Shown piece by piece: positions 50,111 to 59,619 of a stretch of DNA of 64,000 bases. Origin of the DNA: a virus (taxonomy: Duplodnaviria; Caudoviricetes); IMG/VR virus record IMGVR_UViG_2791355120_000002, positions 13,121 to 77,120 of that record. One strand, 5' to 3'. The notes below the pieces were generated by a model that was not told the origin of the DNA, did no database searches, and saw only the letters and a list, made by a program, of their open reading frames with translations. The position numbers and the translations under genes were made by a program. Position 1 is the stretch's first letter. Each line of letters starts with the position of its first letter.

Positions 50111-51795
50111 TGTTTCTTGCCTCCGTCGCTCGGCGTCGCTGACAGCGAATTCATCAGGTTCGGGTCGGCCTGGTCGTAGATCGACGGGTTGCCGTACTTC
50201 TCGTCGAGCGCGCGTTCGCGAGCGATTTGACGGGCGATCTTTCGCCAGTCGCCGCCCGACATTTTCGCGATCTCGATTTCCTTGGTGGACAGGCCGCTCT
50301 TGATCTTGAGGACCGCAGCCTGCGTTTCCTTCAGCGGATCAATCTGACCCTGACCGGCACCGATCCACTCGCACGCGCTGAACGCTTCGGCGTTGAGGCC
50401 ATCGTAGAAGCGGGGCACGCCACGCCGCTTGAAGCATTCGAGTTCGTTGTAGTTGATCGCTTCCTCAAGCCAGAGGCGGTAGATGAAATTGGCCACCTTG
50501 TCGGCAACGATGCGCTTGAGCGACATCATCGTCTTGTAGGTCTCGCCGAGAGCCGCGCGCGCCGACGAGTAGTTGGTCTGCGTGAAGTCGCGAGACAACT
50601 GCTCGTAGGAGACGTTTAGTGCGGCTGCGATATAGCGCAGCAAGCTCTGCTCGAACTTGTCACCGGCCGGGCTGTTCGCACCCGGATTTTGAATCTTGAG
50701 CTTGGTGCCGGGCGCAAAGATCGGAATCTTCGCACCGTCCATGTGCAGATTCTTGGCGGCGCCCGCATACTCGGCGATAGCCGATAGATACGCCTGCATC
50801 CAGGTCGTCGTCGCGTTGCCTTCACCGGCACCGGCACCCAGGGCGGCCGTCACATCCTGCGGGATTTCCGATTCGATCGAAGCCGCGTAGGTGGCCGCGA
50901 CGACCGCCCTCTCCAATTCCGTCCTGCGGAAGTGTTTCGTCATCCGCATTTCGCTGAGCGCCGTGACCATCGCCGCGACGCCGCGCGTCTGGTCGGGACG
51001 CAGTTCCTCGAACACATGGTTGATGACCATGCGTCCCCAAGACTTCCGGGCCGGCACGCGCTTCCAGGTCGGCGCCGTGAAGGAATTCACGCCCGAGCGA
51101 TAGTCGGCGGGATGAGCGCTGCGGATGTAATAGGCGAGCGGTGCGCCATAGGAGTCTAGTTCGACGCCCTTGCGCAAGCGGCTGCCCTTGAACGGCTGAA
51201 AGATGCGGTCGCGAGGATCGGAGAGGCGCGCGGTGTCGATCATCTGAATGGCGCTGGCATACGGCCGGCCATCGTCGAACCACTCGGCCGACTGCAGCAC
51301 CTCGCCGCCCATCAGATGCACGCCAACGGAGAGGCGCACGATATCGGTCAGCGTCTTCCTGCGCGCGGCATCGGGCCAGCACTGCGGGCTTTCTGCCCAC
51401 AGAGTAAACTTGGTCTCGATTTCTTCCTGAGCCTCGGCTTCCCACTGCTCGTCTTCTTTGCCGAACAGAACTTTGGTTTCCGGTTTGGCGTTCAGAAGGA
51501 ACAGGGTTCCGACGATGGAGTCCTTGCGGATCGTCGCGCCGCCCGCGACGTACGCGTCATTGCGAGCCGTATCGATCGAGCGGGCGTCGAGATCGTCCTT
51601 GAGCGGCAGAAGATCGGCATCAGCCGAACGCAGCGGTGGGCGCCAGCCGGCGAGCCGGCTCAGCTTGTCCGCGCCGTCATAGGCGACACCGCCGCCCGCT
51701 GCCACCGCCGAGGCAACGGGCGGCTGCACCGCATGGATCGCCGGGGAGACACCGGCATCCGACCCAAGCAGGTCCGAAAGATCGAGATCGCTCAT
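50107..51795 (-). CDS. Portal protein, lambda family
   Basis: RP.QTRGV; SYEQLSRDFTQTNYSSARA; IDPLKE. Confidence 0.93.
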   Translation of the reverse strand: MSDLDLSDLLGSDAGVSPAIHAVQPPVASAVAAGGGVAYDGADKLSRLAGWRPPLRSADADLLPLKDDLDARSIDTARNDAYVAGGATIRKDSIVGTLFLLNAKPETKVLFGKEDEQWEAEAQEEIETKFTLWAESPQCWPDAARRKTLTDIVRLSVGVHLMGGEVLQSAEWFDDGRPYASAIQMIDTARLSDPRDRIFQPFKGSRLRKGVELDSYGAPLAYYIRSAHPADYRSGVNSFTAPTWKRVPARKSWGRMVINHVFEELRPDQTRGVAAMVTALSEMRMTKHFRRTELERAVVAATYAASIESEIPQDVTAALGAGAGEGNATTTWMQAYLSAIAEYAGAAKNLHMDGAKIPIFAPGTKLKIQNPGANSPAGDKFEQSLLRYIAAALNVSYEQLSRDFTQTNYSSARAALGETYKTMMSLKRIVADKVANFIYRLWLEEAINYNELECFKRRGVPRFYDGLNAEAFSACEWIGAGQGQIDPLKETQAAVLKIKSGLSTKEIEIAKMSGGDWRKIARQIARERALDEKYGNPSIYDQADPNLMNSLSATPSDGGKKQ

Positions 51796-52007
51796 CCCCA
51801 CACCGGCCGCAACGGAGGAACGACTGCCGGGCAGCCGTTGATTTGGGCTTGCAGGGAGCGGATGTAGGCGAGCAGCCGGCTCGCATTGGCTGGCGTGTAG
51901 CGGATCGACTCGCCGGTAGCGTCGCGCACTTCTACAGCCGACTCACCGATTTGCAGTCGGTGGTAAGCTGTTTGAGCTTCTGCAAGGAGATCGGCGGTGG
52001 TCGCCAT
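51792..52007 (-). CDS. gpW head-tail joining protein
   Basis: A..AYHRL.IG....V....GE.I.YT.AN..L..YI. Confidence 0.88.
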   Translation of the reverse strand: MATTADLLAEAQTAYHRLQIGESAVEVRDATGESIRYTPANASRLLAYIRSLQAQINGCPAVVPPLRPVWG

Positions 52008-52094
52008 CGGCTATCCATGTGAATTTCACGTATAGATAGCGCAAACGTGAAACTTACGCAATATATAATTGATTTTCAACATAAAAGTGAAAGT

Positions 52095-54272
52095 CTAAGC
52101 AAGCTTTTCCGCGAGCGCCGCGAAGCTCTTGGACTCCTCTTTGACCGGCTCCGAAGCAGCCGGCGCGGCGCCGCCATACACCATGTCGTTCTCATCCCAT
52201 TCGGCTGCCCATCCTGGCGGGTTCTCCCAATCGAGCCGATCGATGTTAAACGTAACGTAGGGCACCATTTCCTCGAACGGCCGGATAGCCAGGCCGAGCG
52301 CATAATACGCAAGGTCGAATGCCTCGTTGCGCCGCTTCAAGGGATTTTCCCATCCCTTTTCGGTGCGGATTTCGGTCGTCAACTGATTGTAGAACCAGTC
52401 GGGCATCCAGTCGGGATAGCGCAGTATAGCGCCAGCGTTTTCCTCGCTCTCGTCGCCGACGCGGCGCGCCATCATGTTCGAGACGCGATCCTTCATCAGG
52501 TTCGAGTTGAGCAGGATCACGGGCACGTCACCCTTGGCTATGGCCTTCTTTCCCTTCTGACTGGAATCCGGCCAGGTCGTGCGCGCGTGCGGTGCCGTCT
52601 TGGAGGGCTCGCCTTTGATGAGGCAGAAGCGACGATGGAGCCCATCGCCGCGTTTGCGCAGCCGGCGCCAGAAATTATACGCGTGCCCGGTGACACCCTC
52701 GGCACCGCCTGAGTCGCCGCCAGTCGCACGGATGCGCATTCTCCTGCCACTCTCGTCGGCCAGCGGGTAGGTCTTCAAGATGACCTGCTCGATAAGCACG
52801 TCCCAATCTTCCTCGAAGGCGGCCGGATCGATCGGCAGTTTCTCCCCTGCCCCGTTGAGGCGATCTGACAGACGGAGCTTGAATGCGTCGATTACCACTA
52901 GGTCGCCGCTCGCAGTGATGCCATGCACCTGGCAAACGAAGGCCGTCTTCTGCACGTCGACTGTGGCAACCATAAACCGGACGCCATGCGGCACAATCGG
53001 CTCGGTGCCCCAATCCTCGGCCTTGTCTTTCAGGTCTTCCGGCGAGCGCTCGGACAGACGCGAGGCGGGAATGTAGAATGAACCCTGGTCGGTCGTGACG
53101 GTCTTGCGCAGCGGCGCGTCATCGCCCGTGTCTTTGAGCGCCTTCTCCGCGCGCAGGTACTTCTCAACCAACTGGCCCCAATCCTGATACGCGGCGGCCG
53201 GCCCTTTCATCCAGAATGATGCAATGCTCGATCGAGCGGCCTTGAGCCCGTTGCGCTCGATGATCCTGTTTTCGGCCGGCAGCCAGATCATGCCGTCCCT
53301 CACCCACCGGCCGGTGTCGTTCAATTCCTCCTTCATGTGCGGCTCAAGCACACCGCCGCACTGGAAGACGGGGCAGAGCATGTAGGTCTGCTCGCGCGCT
53401 TCCATGATGTCTTCGCTGTCGGGGTAGCGCAACAGCTTGAAGTCGGGTTCGAAGGACTCGCGGCAATGCGGGCAGCACCAATACCAGCGGCGCCGGTCGC
53501 CGCGATTGTATAGCTCGAAGATGCCACGGATCGGTGGCGCCTCGTGTGGACTATGCTTTGGCGGCTGCCACTTCGGGTCTTGGATTTCCTTGTTCGGGTT
53601 GGGCGACGACTCGGCGACGGTCATGCCGAAGCGCTTGAACGTCGTCGTGCGCATCTGCAGAAGGTCGAAGGGGTTGCCTTCGCCATCCACGTTGTCGTCC
53701 ATGCGGTCGTAGTCGATCAGCCATCCGCGCGGCACGGTGATGCCCGATAGGTTGCTCGCGGTGGGATAGGCGAGCAGGAAGCGCATCCCCGACTTGAATT
53801 CCTTGTCGAAGGTGTTGTCATCTTGCCGGCTGGTGAACTGCTCGGCGCGCACATGCGTTGACGCTTCGAGATAGCGCTTGAGATCGCCATTCGACCACTT
53901 GCGCGCGTTCTCGCGGTCCATGTGGATGTAGAGCATGTCGCCCGGATCGGCCTTGACGGTGTGCGTCAGCCAGCCGAGGCTCATCATGGTCTTGCCGGTA
54001 CGCGCCGGCCCGACGAACACCATGCCCTGATAGTCGAGGCTGGTGAGGATGTTCATAGGCTCGACGAGATAGGGCGTCTTCTTCGCGGACCACGGGACGC
54101 TGTGGCCGCTGCCGCCGCCGATCCGCATGTACTTCTCAGCAGCCTCGGAGACCGTCAAGACTTCCTGCGGGGTCAGGCTTTCGAAGCCCTTCACCAGCAA
54201 TTCGTCGAGCGTTTGATATGGGGCTGCGTCGATCAGGTCATTGATCGACGGCGGGCGCATTCTCGCGGTCAT
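52095..54272 (-). CDS. Terminase large subunit (lambda gpA family)
   Basis: TPYLVEPM; GPARTGKT; GDRRRW...CPHC; TVDVQ; DSGG; RNEAFDL. Confidence 0.93.
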   Translation of the reverse strand: MTARMRPPSINDLIDAAPYQTLDELLVKGFESLTPQEVLTVSEAAEKYMRIGGGSGHSVPWSAKKTPYLVEPMNILTSLDYQGMVFVGPARTGKTMMSLGWLTHTVKADPGDMLYIHMDRENARKWSNGDLKRYLEASTHVRAEQFTSRQDDNTFDKEFKSGMRFLLAYPTASNLSGITVPRGWLIDYDRMDDNVDGEGNPFDLLQMRTTTFKRFGMTVAESSPNPNKEIQDPKWQPPKHSPHEAPPIRGIFELYNRGDRRRWYWCCPHCRESFEPDFKLLRYPDSEDIMEAREQTYMLCPVFQCGGVLEPHMKEELNDTGRWVRDGMIWLPAENRIIERNGLKAARSSIASFWMKGPAAAYQDWGQLVEKYLRAEKALKDTGDDAPLRKTVTTDQGSFYIPASRLSERSPEDLKDKAEDWGTEPIVPHGVRFMVATVDVQKTAFVCQVHGITASGDLVVIDAFKLRLSDRLNGAGEKLPIDPAAFEEDWDVLIEQVILKTYPLADESGRRMRIRATGGDSGGAEGVTGHAYNFWRRLRKRGDGLHRRFCLIKGEPSKTAPHARTTWPDSSQKGKKAIAKGDVPVILLNSNLMKDRVSNMMARRVGDESEENAGAILRYPDWMPDWFYNQLTTEIRTEKGWENPLKRRNEAFDLAYYALGLAIRPFEEMVPYVTFNIDRLDWENPPGWAAEWDENDMVYGGAAPAASEPVKEESKSFAALAEKLA

Positions 54273-54997
54273 TCATCACCCGGCAGATCAGGCGGCGGGC
54301 GCTTGTCCGTGCCTTCAAGCTCCTTGGCTATCTCCTGCGAATGAGCAGTCACCTTCTGCCAGGTGCGCGCTTTGGTTTCGAGCGCTTCCTTGACTTGGAC
54401 ATTCAGGTCGGCCACGGCCGCCAGCATGAACTTGTACTGCTCGTCGCTCAGCCGGTCGCGGCCGGGCATGTTCTCGATCCAGAGCTTGGTTTCCTGCCGG
54501 ATCAGCATGGCCACGCGCGCGAAGGTCATGAGCACGTCTTCGTCGTGCCAAAGCTGCCCGGCAGCCGTGAGCGCCCGGATACGGGCGTTGGTCATCTCCC
54601 AATAGGCCTTGGAGACGATCGGCGGCAGCGACGCCTGGTTCTGCTGCGCCAGCCAGTCCTCAATGCTGCCCTGCGGCGGGATCAGATAGGACATGCCCGT
54701 CAGGAAGTCGTACAGCGGCTGCTGCTTCCCTGCGTGCGTGACGAACGAGTGAATCGGGCACTTTTCGAGCCGCTTCTGAATTTGCTTCGGCTGAACGCCG
54801 AGGATGTTTGCGAAGAAGGTCACGCCAACCGGACGCCGAAAGGCCGTGTAGTGCGGCAGGCTGTTTGAAGCTTGCTCTTGCAAGCGCCTGGCGGCTTCTT
54901 CCTTGGTCGGCCGGCCGCGCTTCGGACGCGCTATCTCGGGCTCGGATGTCGGCTCGTCGTCGCCGAGCAGGTCCGAGAGATCGCTGTCATCGGTCAT
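54269..54997 (-). CDS. Terminase small subunit (DUF1441-like)
   Basis: Coupled to TerL; LPP...KAYW......AG.LW. Confidence 0.8.
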   Translation of the reverse strand: MTDDSDLSDLLGDDEPTSEPEIARPKRGRPTKEEAARRLQEQASNSLPHYTAFRRPVGVTFFANILGVQPKQIQKRLEKCPIHSFVTHAGKQQPLYDFLTGMSYLIPPQGSIEDWLAQQNQASLPPIVSKAYWEMTNARIRALTAAGQLWHDEDVLMTFARVAMLIRQETKLWIENMPGRDRLSDEQYKFMLAAVADLNVQVKEALETKARTWQKVTAHSQEIAKELEGTDKRPPPDLPGDE

Positions 54998-55150
54998 TGG
55001 TCGTCCCGGTCCAACTCGTCCAGGAACGGCGCGCGCGGCACCACGCCACCATTGCCGCAAAGATCAGGATGCCAGCGGCGCCCGTGCGGGCCTTTCTCGG
55101 GAAGCCATTTACGCTTCACCTGCTCTCGCTTGGGCTGCGGCTCGGACTTC

Positions 55151-55333
55151 TCAGGCACCGAAAACGGCCTCCTGATACGCCTTGATCTCGCTGCTCCTCC
55201 AGACCGAAACCCTGTGCGACTTGCGCGTCTGCTTCGGAAACAGGCCGGCCTGGATGCGCCGATAGATTTCCGATCGAGATAGCCCGGTGATCGCTATCAC
55301 CTGCGGCAGCCGAAGGCTTTGCTCGATTTCCAT
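55151..55333 (-). CDS. AlpA-family excisionase/regulator
   Basis: LRLPQV...TGLSRSEIYRRI..G.FPK......V.W..SEI. Confidence 0.88.
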   Translation of the reverse strand: MEIEQSLRLPQVIAITGLSRSEIYRRIQAGLFPKQTRKSHRVSVWRSSEIKAYQEAVFGA

Positions 55334-55419
55334 TTTCACGTCTCCATATACGGCCCCATTCATAATCACTTTTTACGTGACATACAATAGAAAACACGAT
55401 AAACGTGAAAGTGCACACA

Positions 55420-55990
55420 TGGCCTTAGTAGCGACTGATCAGAACGCAGACGCGAACGAAGCCCTTTGCAGCGATGGAGGCGACCATGAATTAGGCGGCG
55501 AAAACCGCCCTAAACAGAAAACTTTGTCGATTAGCGCCAGGTGTACATGCATCTGGCGCGCCACCATCACGGCAACACCTAAGTGGGCTGCAACTCACTG
55601 ACCAGCTTTCGTAGCTACCCTCTTGCAGGAGGATGAGAAGGCCGGTGTTGCTCTGATGATGGCGTGAGGGCTATCGTGAATGAGATCGGCGGTTATCCGC
55701 CAACGAGGGTGGCGCGGTTCAATTCCGCCTCGCTGACCGAGATCAGGTGAGTAAATACGGTTCGAATCCGTTTCCTTCGAAAGAAGGTTCTTTGCCGCCG
55801 TGGAGGCGTGGGTCGGGCAGTCGGGAAAGACCGGCAAGACTTGGCCCGCCGTCAGTCATGTGAGGCGGGGTGCGAGCCCCCGGCGCCGTTCGCGGCGACA
55901 TAGCAGGCGCATCAACCGGGCGGGCCAAGTCGACTTCTCCCCATCGGCGTTCCTGCCTTAAGGGCAGCAAATGCGATAGGTCTTAACTCG
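55420..55990 (+). ncRNA. Candidate large structured non-coding RNA
   Basis: No credible ORF; more than 10 helices including a perfect 13-bp long-range stem, two T-loop hairpins and a GAAA tetraloop; G-U pairs favour the + strand; ends approximate. Confidence 0.6.
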
Positions 55991-56057
55991 CCTGTGGACT
56001 CATTTTTCCCGAAATGTTGACTAGCGTCGCGTAAGTTATTGATTTCGTTGTCGATTA

Positions 56058-56077
56058 AAATCCCTCCTCCGCTACCA
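56058..56077 (+). other. attR core: duplicated 3' end of tRNA-Met
   Basis: AAATCCCTCCTCCGCTACCA matches my recollection of the alphaproteobacterial elongator tRNA-Met 3' end; no 5' half upstream; preceded by arm-like TAAGTTATTGATT. Confidence 0.8.
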
Positions 56078-56374
56078 CCCTCAAAGTCCAAACAATTCTC
56101 CGGCCCCTCTTGGCTTCCTGGAAGCCCAGCGTTTGTGGGATGTGAAGCCGAAAGCTGGGGAGAGCGAAAACAATTTTCCTACTCAAACTGCTCTCCGAAT
56201 GTCCATCATTCTCCGAACCTGGGGAGTAGCTTCAAAAAATCCCCAGGTTTTGACACAACAATATCAATGCTTTAGCGCCTGCCTTGCTGCGGGCAGTTTT
56301 GCGTTTCGCTCGCCTGTCAAACAAGCCACAACTAGACCATCGCCAGGTCCTGGTTGCGACATCAACCTGGACCG

Positions 56375-58292
56375 TCAGACTGGCGCAAGCACACCTGGTT
56401 GGGAAGGAGTGGGAGGGAAGTTCAGTTGGACGGTGCCCCCTGGACCGACAAAGGGGTCCTGAAGGGTTACGTCTATCACCGGTACGCCATTGAATTTGAC
56501 CTCGACCCGCCGTGGCCTCCAGGTCGTTCCATGGGGCTCCGCGACTTTTCCCGCCAAGGGATCCTGCCCTACGCGGAGATAGACGGCCGTTATATCCTCC
56601 AGTCTTAGTTGGTCGAGCGTATCGATTGAAGAAAGCGTCGTTGTCGCCGGCTCAAAGTCCGGTGCGATCTTGCGGACTAAGCTCACGCCCTGAATGTCCG
56701 GAAAGTAATAGGGGAAGTTAAGGACATATTCGCGCGTCTTCTTCGGCAGGTTCTGCTTCTGCGTTTCGACCATAAGCGAGATGTCCGGAGTTAACTTTGC
56801 TTCGGAGAGGCGGGCGGTCACGATTGTCAAAAAGATTGCGTCGATATCCAGATGGCCGATATCAGCGAGAAGGGAGCCAGGACCGCGAAGCCCAAACCTC
56901 CGTAGTATAACATCGAGGGTTTGGCTCGGCTGGATGGCGGCTCTCGCGGGACCTTGGGGGCGTGTTGCCTTGATCTTCGAGACGACGCTCAGGTGCTCCT
57001 GATACCGTCGGGTGGCAATACTGGCATAGCCGGCGGCACCCGAAGCGTTCGGATGCAGGAAAGAGGCGATGAGTGCTCGCTGTATTCGGTGGATCTCCGA
57101 CTGCAGCCCGCCGACTATTTCCGCTCTCGTATTGGTGTTGCCAGGGTTGCTCTTAAACCTGGTCATGGCCGCAATGAGGGACGCAGGGCCACCGTCGGCC
57201 TTTAGATCCTTGAGCAGGTTGTCGAAGCTGGACGTAGCCCCCGCCGTTGTCCTTGCGACGGCGTACCACACCTTCTGCATATCCTTCAGCAGGTCGGCTC
57301 GCGGACACCGCTTCTCCCGATCAGCCTGTGCGGGATCGGTGGCGGGGTGTTTGTAGTCGGCGGCAACCTTCGGGTTGTTCGCGAAGGCCGAGCTGCCGCG
57401 GTCGATTGCCGAAGGAACAAACAGCACACCCGCCCCCCTAAGGGCATCATTTCGATTGGCCTCTGTAACGGCTGCCCGCATCCAGTGTTGGGCGCGGCTA
57501 GCTGCCCACACGGATCGAATCTTGCCCTCTCGAATGGCGGCCTCGACGTCTACGAAATTGAAGGCTTTGTTGATCCACCAGCCGAAGTCGTCATTCAGCT
57601 CATGCTTGAAAAAGCTGCGTATCTTGCTGACATGGGAGGAATACGAGATTGGAGCGAAGTAGCCGAAGAGCATAATAATGGCCTTCGGGCACTTCGAGCG
57701 GACTCGGGCGATGCTCTGCAGAGTTTCGGCATAGGCAATGGAAGCGATCTCACCTTCGAACCGTTGGAGAAACTGGCCAGGAAAATCGCGCGGGTTGATG
57801 ACCGCATCAAAACCGATGTCGTTCGCTCCGCCGGTCAAAAGAGCCACGTCTATCTTTTTCCCAAGGTCACTTTTTACCGTTTCGACTTGCCAGGCAATGG
57901 TGGGAAACGTTGCGGGTACCTCGCCGTAGAGTTTTTCAGCGGGGGCTCTCATCATCGCCTGACCTGAAGCGGCGTCGCGACGTCTCGTCCGCGAAGAGGC
58001 CCGCAAAGGCGTCGATAAATGCCTCTCGCGGATCCTTAGTCTGGTCAGCGCTCGGACGCGCGAGCAGCTGGGCCCCGGATCGCGACCGATCAACCACAAT
58101 ACTCGCTGTCTTGCCGTGGTGCCTGCCCAGTGCGCTGGCGATGAGGTTCTTGAACTTCTCGGCGTTGCGCAGGCCTTGTCCCCACATCAGGGAATCTCCG
58201 AAGGCTGCGATACGCAGCGGCTCAGGTCTTGCGACCGTCTGTCCACCAGGAACTGCACCCGGATTTGGTCGAGGGATTACGGTCCGTGCCAT
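56375..58292 (-). pseudogene. SGNH/GDSL hydrolase split by a 1-nt frameshift
   Basis: FGDSLMWG in 57936-58292; GGANDIGF and FLHPN in 56375-58099; frames join at the C5 run 57941-57945. Confidence 0.75.
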
Positions 58293-58399
58293 CGCTCGCT
58301 CACCTGCATACCATCGAGTGCTGCATCCTTGAGCCGCGCGTTGGAGCGGTCAAGCAAAGGACCGCAGTCGGAGTCGCCGGGCAATTGTCTTTCAACACG

Positions 58400-58680
58400 C
58401 TGCTACCTCAAAACTTACGAGAATGGCGATTGGTCGAAGACTGGGACAGCGTTCTTGCACCCGCAGTATGGTTCCCGCCCGCCGATAATCGAGATTCCAA
58501 AAGAAACCCCAGTCGACATCCGGAGACCGATCGAAGCAGCGTTCGGACTGTTCTCCACTGACGCAGCGGAGGCCATGCGGGATTCCTTCTCTGCAATCTG
58601 GGGCGATAAGGGCGGAGCGGCTAACTGGCTCAGAATCAGCGTCGAACGCATTCTGGAAGCCGGCACCAGTAGTGTCAGAC
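58400..58680 (+). pseudogene. DUF4145-like fragment
   Basis: PPIIEIP...AAAN.LR.SVE.IL-like segment with no clear start, cut off by the convergent gene. Confidence 0.4.
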
Positions 58681-58689
58681 GAGGCGTTC

Positions 58690-59619
58690 CTAAGCCGCCT
58701 CTAGCCGCATGAGGTGCTCACCGATTTCCGCAACTGAAGGTAACGCCCGGAGCCGCAGTTCCTCCTGATCGGCCTGCGCTTCAAGAGCCTCTAGTGCGTC
58801 ATTGATGTTGGCGCGCTGCTTCGTCGAAACCTGTGGATCGCCCTTGGGAGGCGCTTGTAGAATCATCTCGTGCTGGCGAAGGAGCATCGGGCTGTGCTCA
58901 CGATCGCGCTCAACCTTCAAATCCCACAGCCGCCGCTTGATGAGGTTTACCGACCCCGCGATACTACCCGCTTGAAGCGTCCCGAAGTTGGCGACGAGGC
59001 GTGAACCCGAAAAGTCGATCACTATTTCGTGGCTGCGCCCTGCCGTGCGCCGCTTGCGACCCCCGCGGAGATCGTTGCTGAAAAACCGAGCCAGGCCTTC
59101 CCGCCGCTCCGTCACATAGCCGAGAACGAGGAGTGGCAGGCGGTCACCGCCGCTCTCGCCGGGCCCGTCCAACGCTTCATCGAGTTCCGGCCCTGCCTCG
59201 TCTGCATCCTGGGCAACCTCCCGGTAGAGCGATGACAGGGTGAGCATCCAGCTTGCGCCTATCTTCTGCAAGCTCTCGCCCTCTGCCTCGCGGCTCTCGC
59301 CAATGACGACTCCCGACGTGGCGGGCTTTGGGTCCGTCAGGGCCTGAAGTGCCCTTGTCGCGAGATCCTGCCGCAGGTGCTCCGCCGTGAGCTGAATCGC
59401 ATAGACGGCGCCGTAGGCATCGTCCGAGTAGAGGCAACGCAGGCGGTCAAGTGCGTTTGCGAGTTCGAGGTGAAAACCATCGTCAGAGACAACCGCCACG
59501 CCGATGACCAGTCTTTCATAGGATCCAGCGATAGGCTCAAGCAGCACCGGCGCCCAGCGAGCGCGGACGCTGCGCTTGAAGGCAGGGAAAGCTGCCGTGT
59601 TGAGTCTTTGATCCGTCAT
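58690..59619 (-). CDS. Partner of the HipA-like kinase (DUF3037-like N-terminus)
   Basis: W.PVLLEP..GS.ERL.IGV; ATGA-coupled to the kinase. Confidence 0.65.
   Translation of the reverse strand: MTDQRLNTAAFPAFKRSVRARWAPVLLEPIAGSYERLVIGVAVVSDDGFHLELANALDRLRCLYSDDAYGAVYAIQLTAEHLRQDLATRALQALTDPKPATSGVVIGESREAEGESLQKIGASWMLTLSSLYREVAQDADEAGPELDEALDGPGESGGDRLPLLVLGYVTERREGLARFFSNDLRGGRKRRTAGRSHEIVIDFSGSRLVANFGTLQAGSIAGSVNLIKRRLWDLKVERDREHSPMLLRQHEMILQAPPKGDPQVSTKQRANINDALEALEAQADQEELRLRALPSVAEIGEHLMRLEAA

Larger units (their letters stand above)
1..56077. mobile_element. Prophage, Chi/Nazgul-like siphovirus architecture; left part lies outside the window
   Basis: Complete TerS/TerL/gpW/portal/S49/D/E head module, tail and lysis modules, Prim-Pol/VapE primase, AlpA-type xis and a tRNA 3'-end duplication at the right end. 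Confidence 0.93.

Noticed and set aside
54987-55158. Small ORF between xis and terS with a possible 2-bp slip in a (CG)n run
   Set aside because: Either reading gives a short peptide with no recognisable motif, so it cannot be supported without homologues.
34-55408. Palindrome as CRP/FNR or CtrA box, or as a CRISPR repeat
   Set aside because: Half-site order and spacing differ from TGTGA-N6-TCACA and TTAA-N7-TTAA; copies are dispersed with no spacer periodicity and no cas genes.
55686-55771. tRNA genes suggested by GGTTCAATTCC and GGTTCGAATCC
   Set aside because: Only about 20 nt between acceptor and T stems, with no D or anticodon arm and no CCA; treated as parts of the larger RNA candidate.
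55420-55990. Group I/II intron, RNase P RNA or tmRNA
   Set aside because: I could not find domain V, P7, GAGGAAAGUCC or tag-reading-frame signatures by eye, and no interrupted gene flanks it; needs cmscan.
56058-56077. Functional tRNA-Met
   Set aside because: Only the last 20 nt are present, so it is an att duplication.
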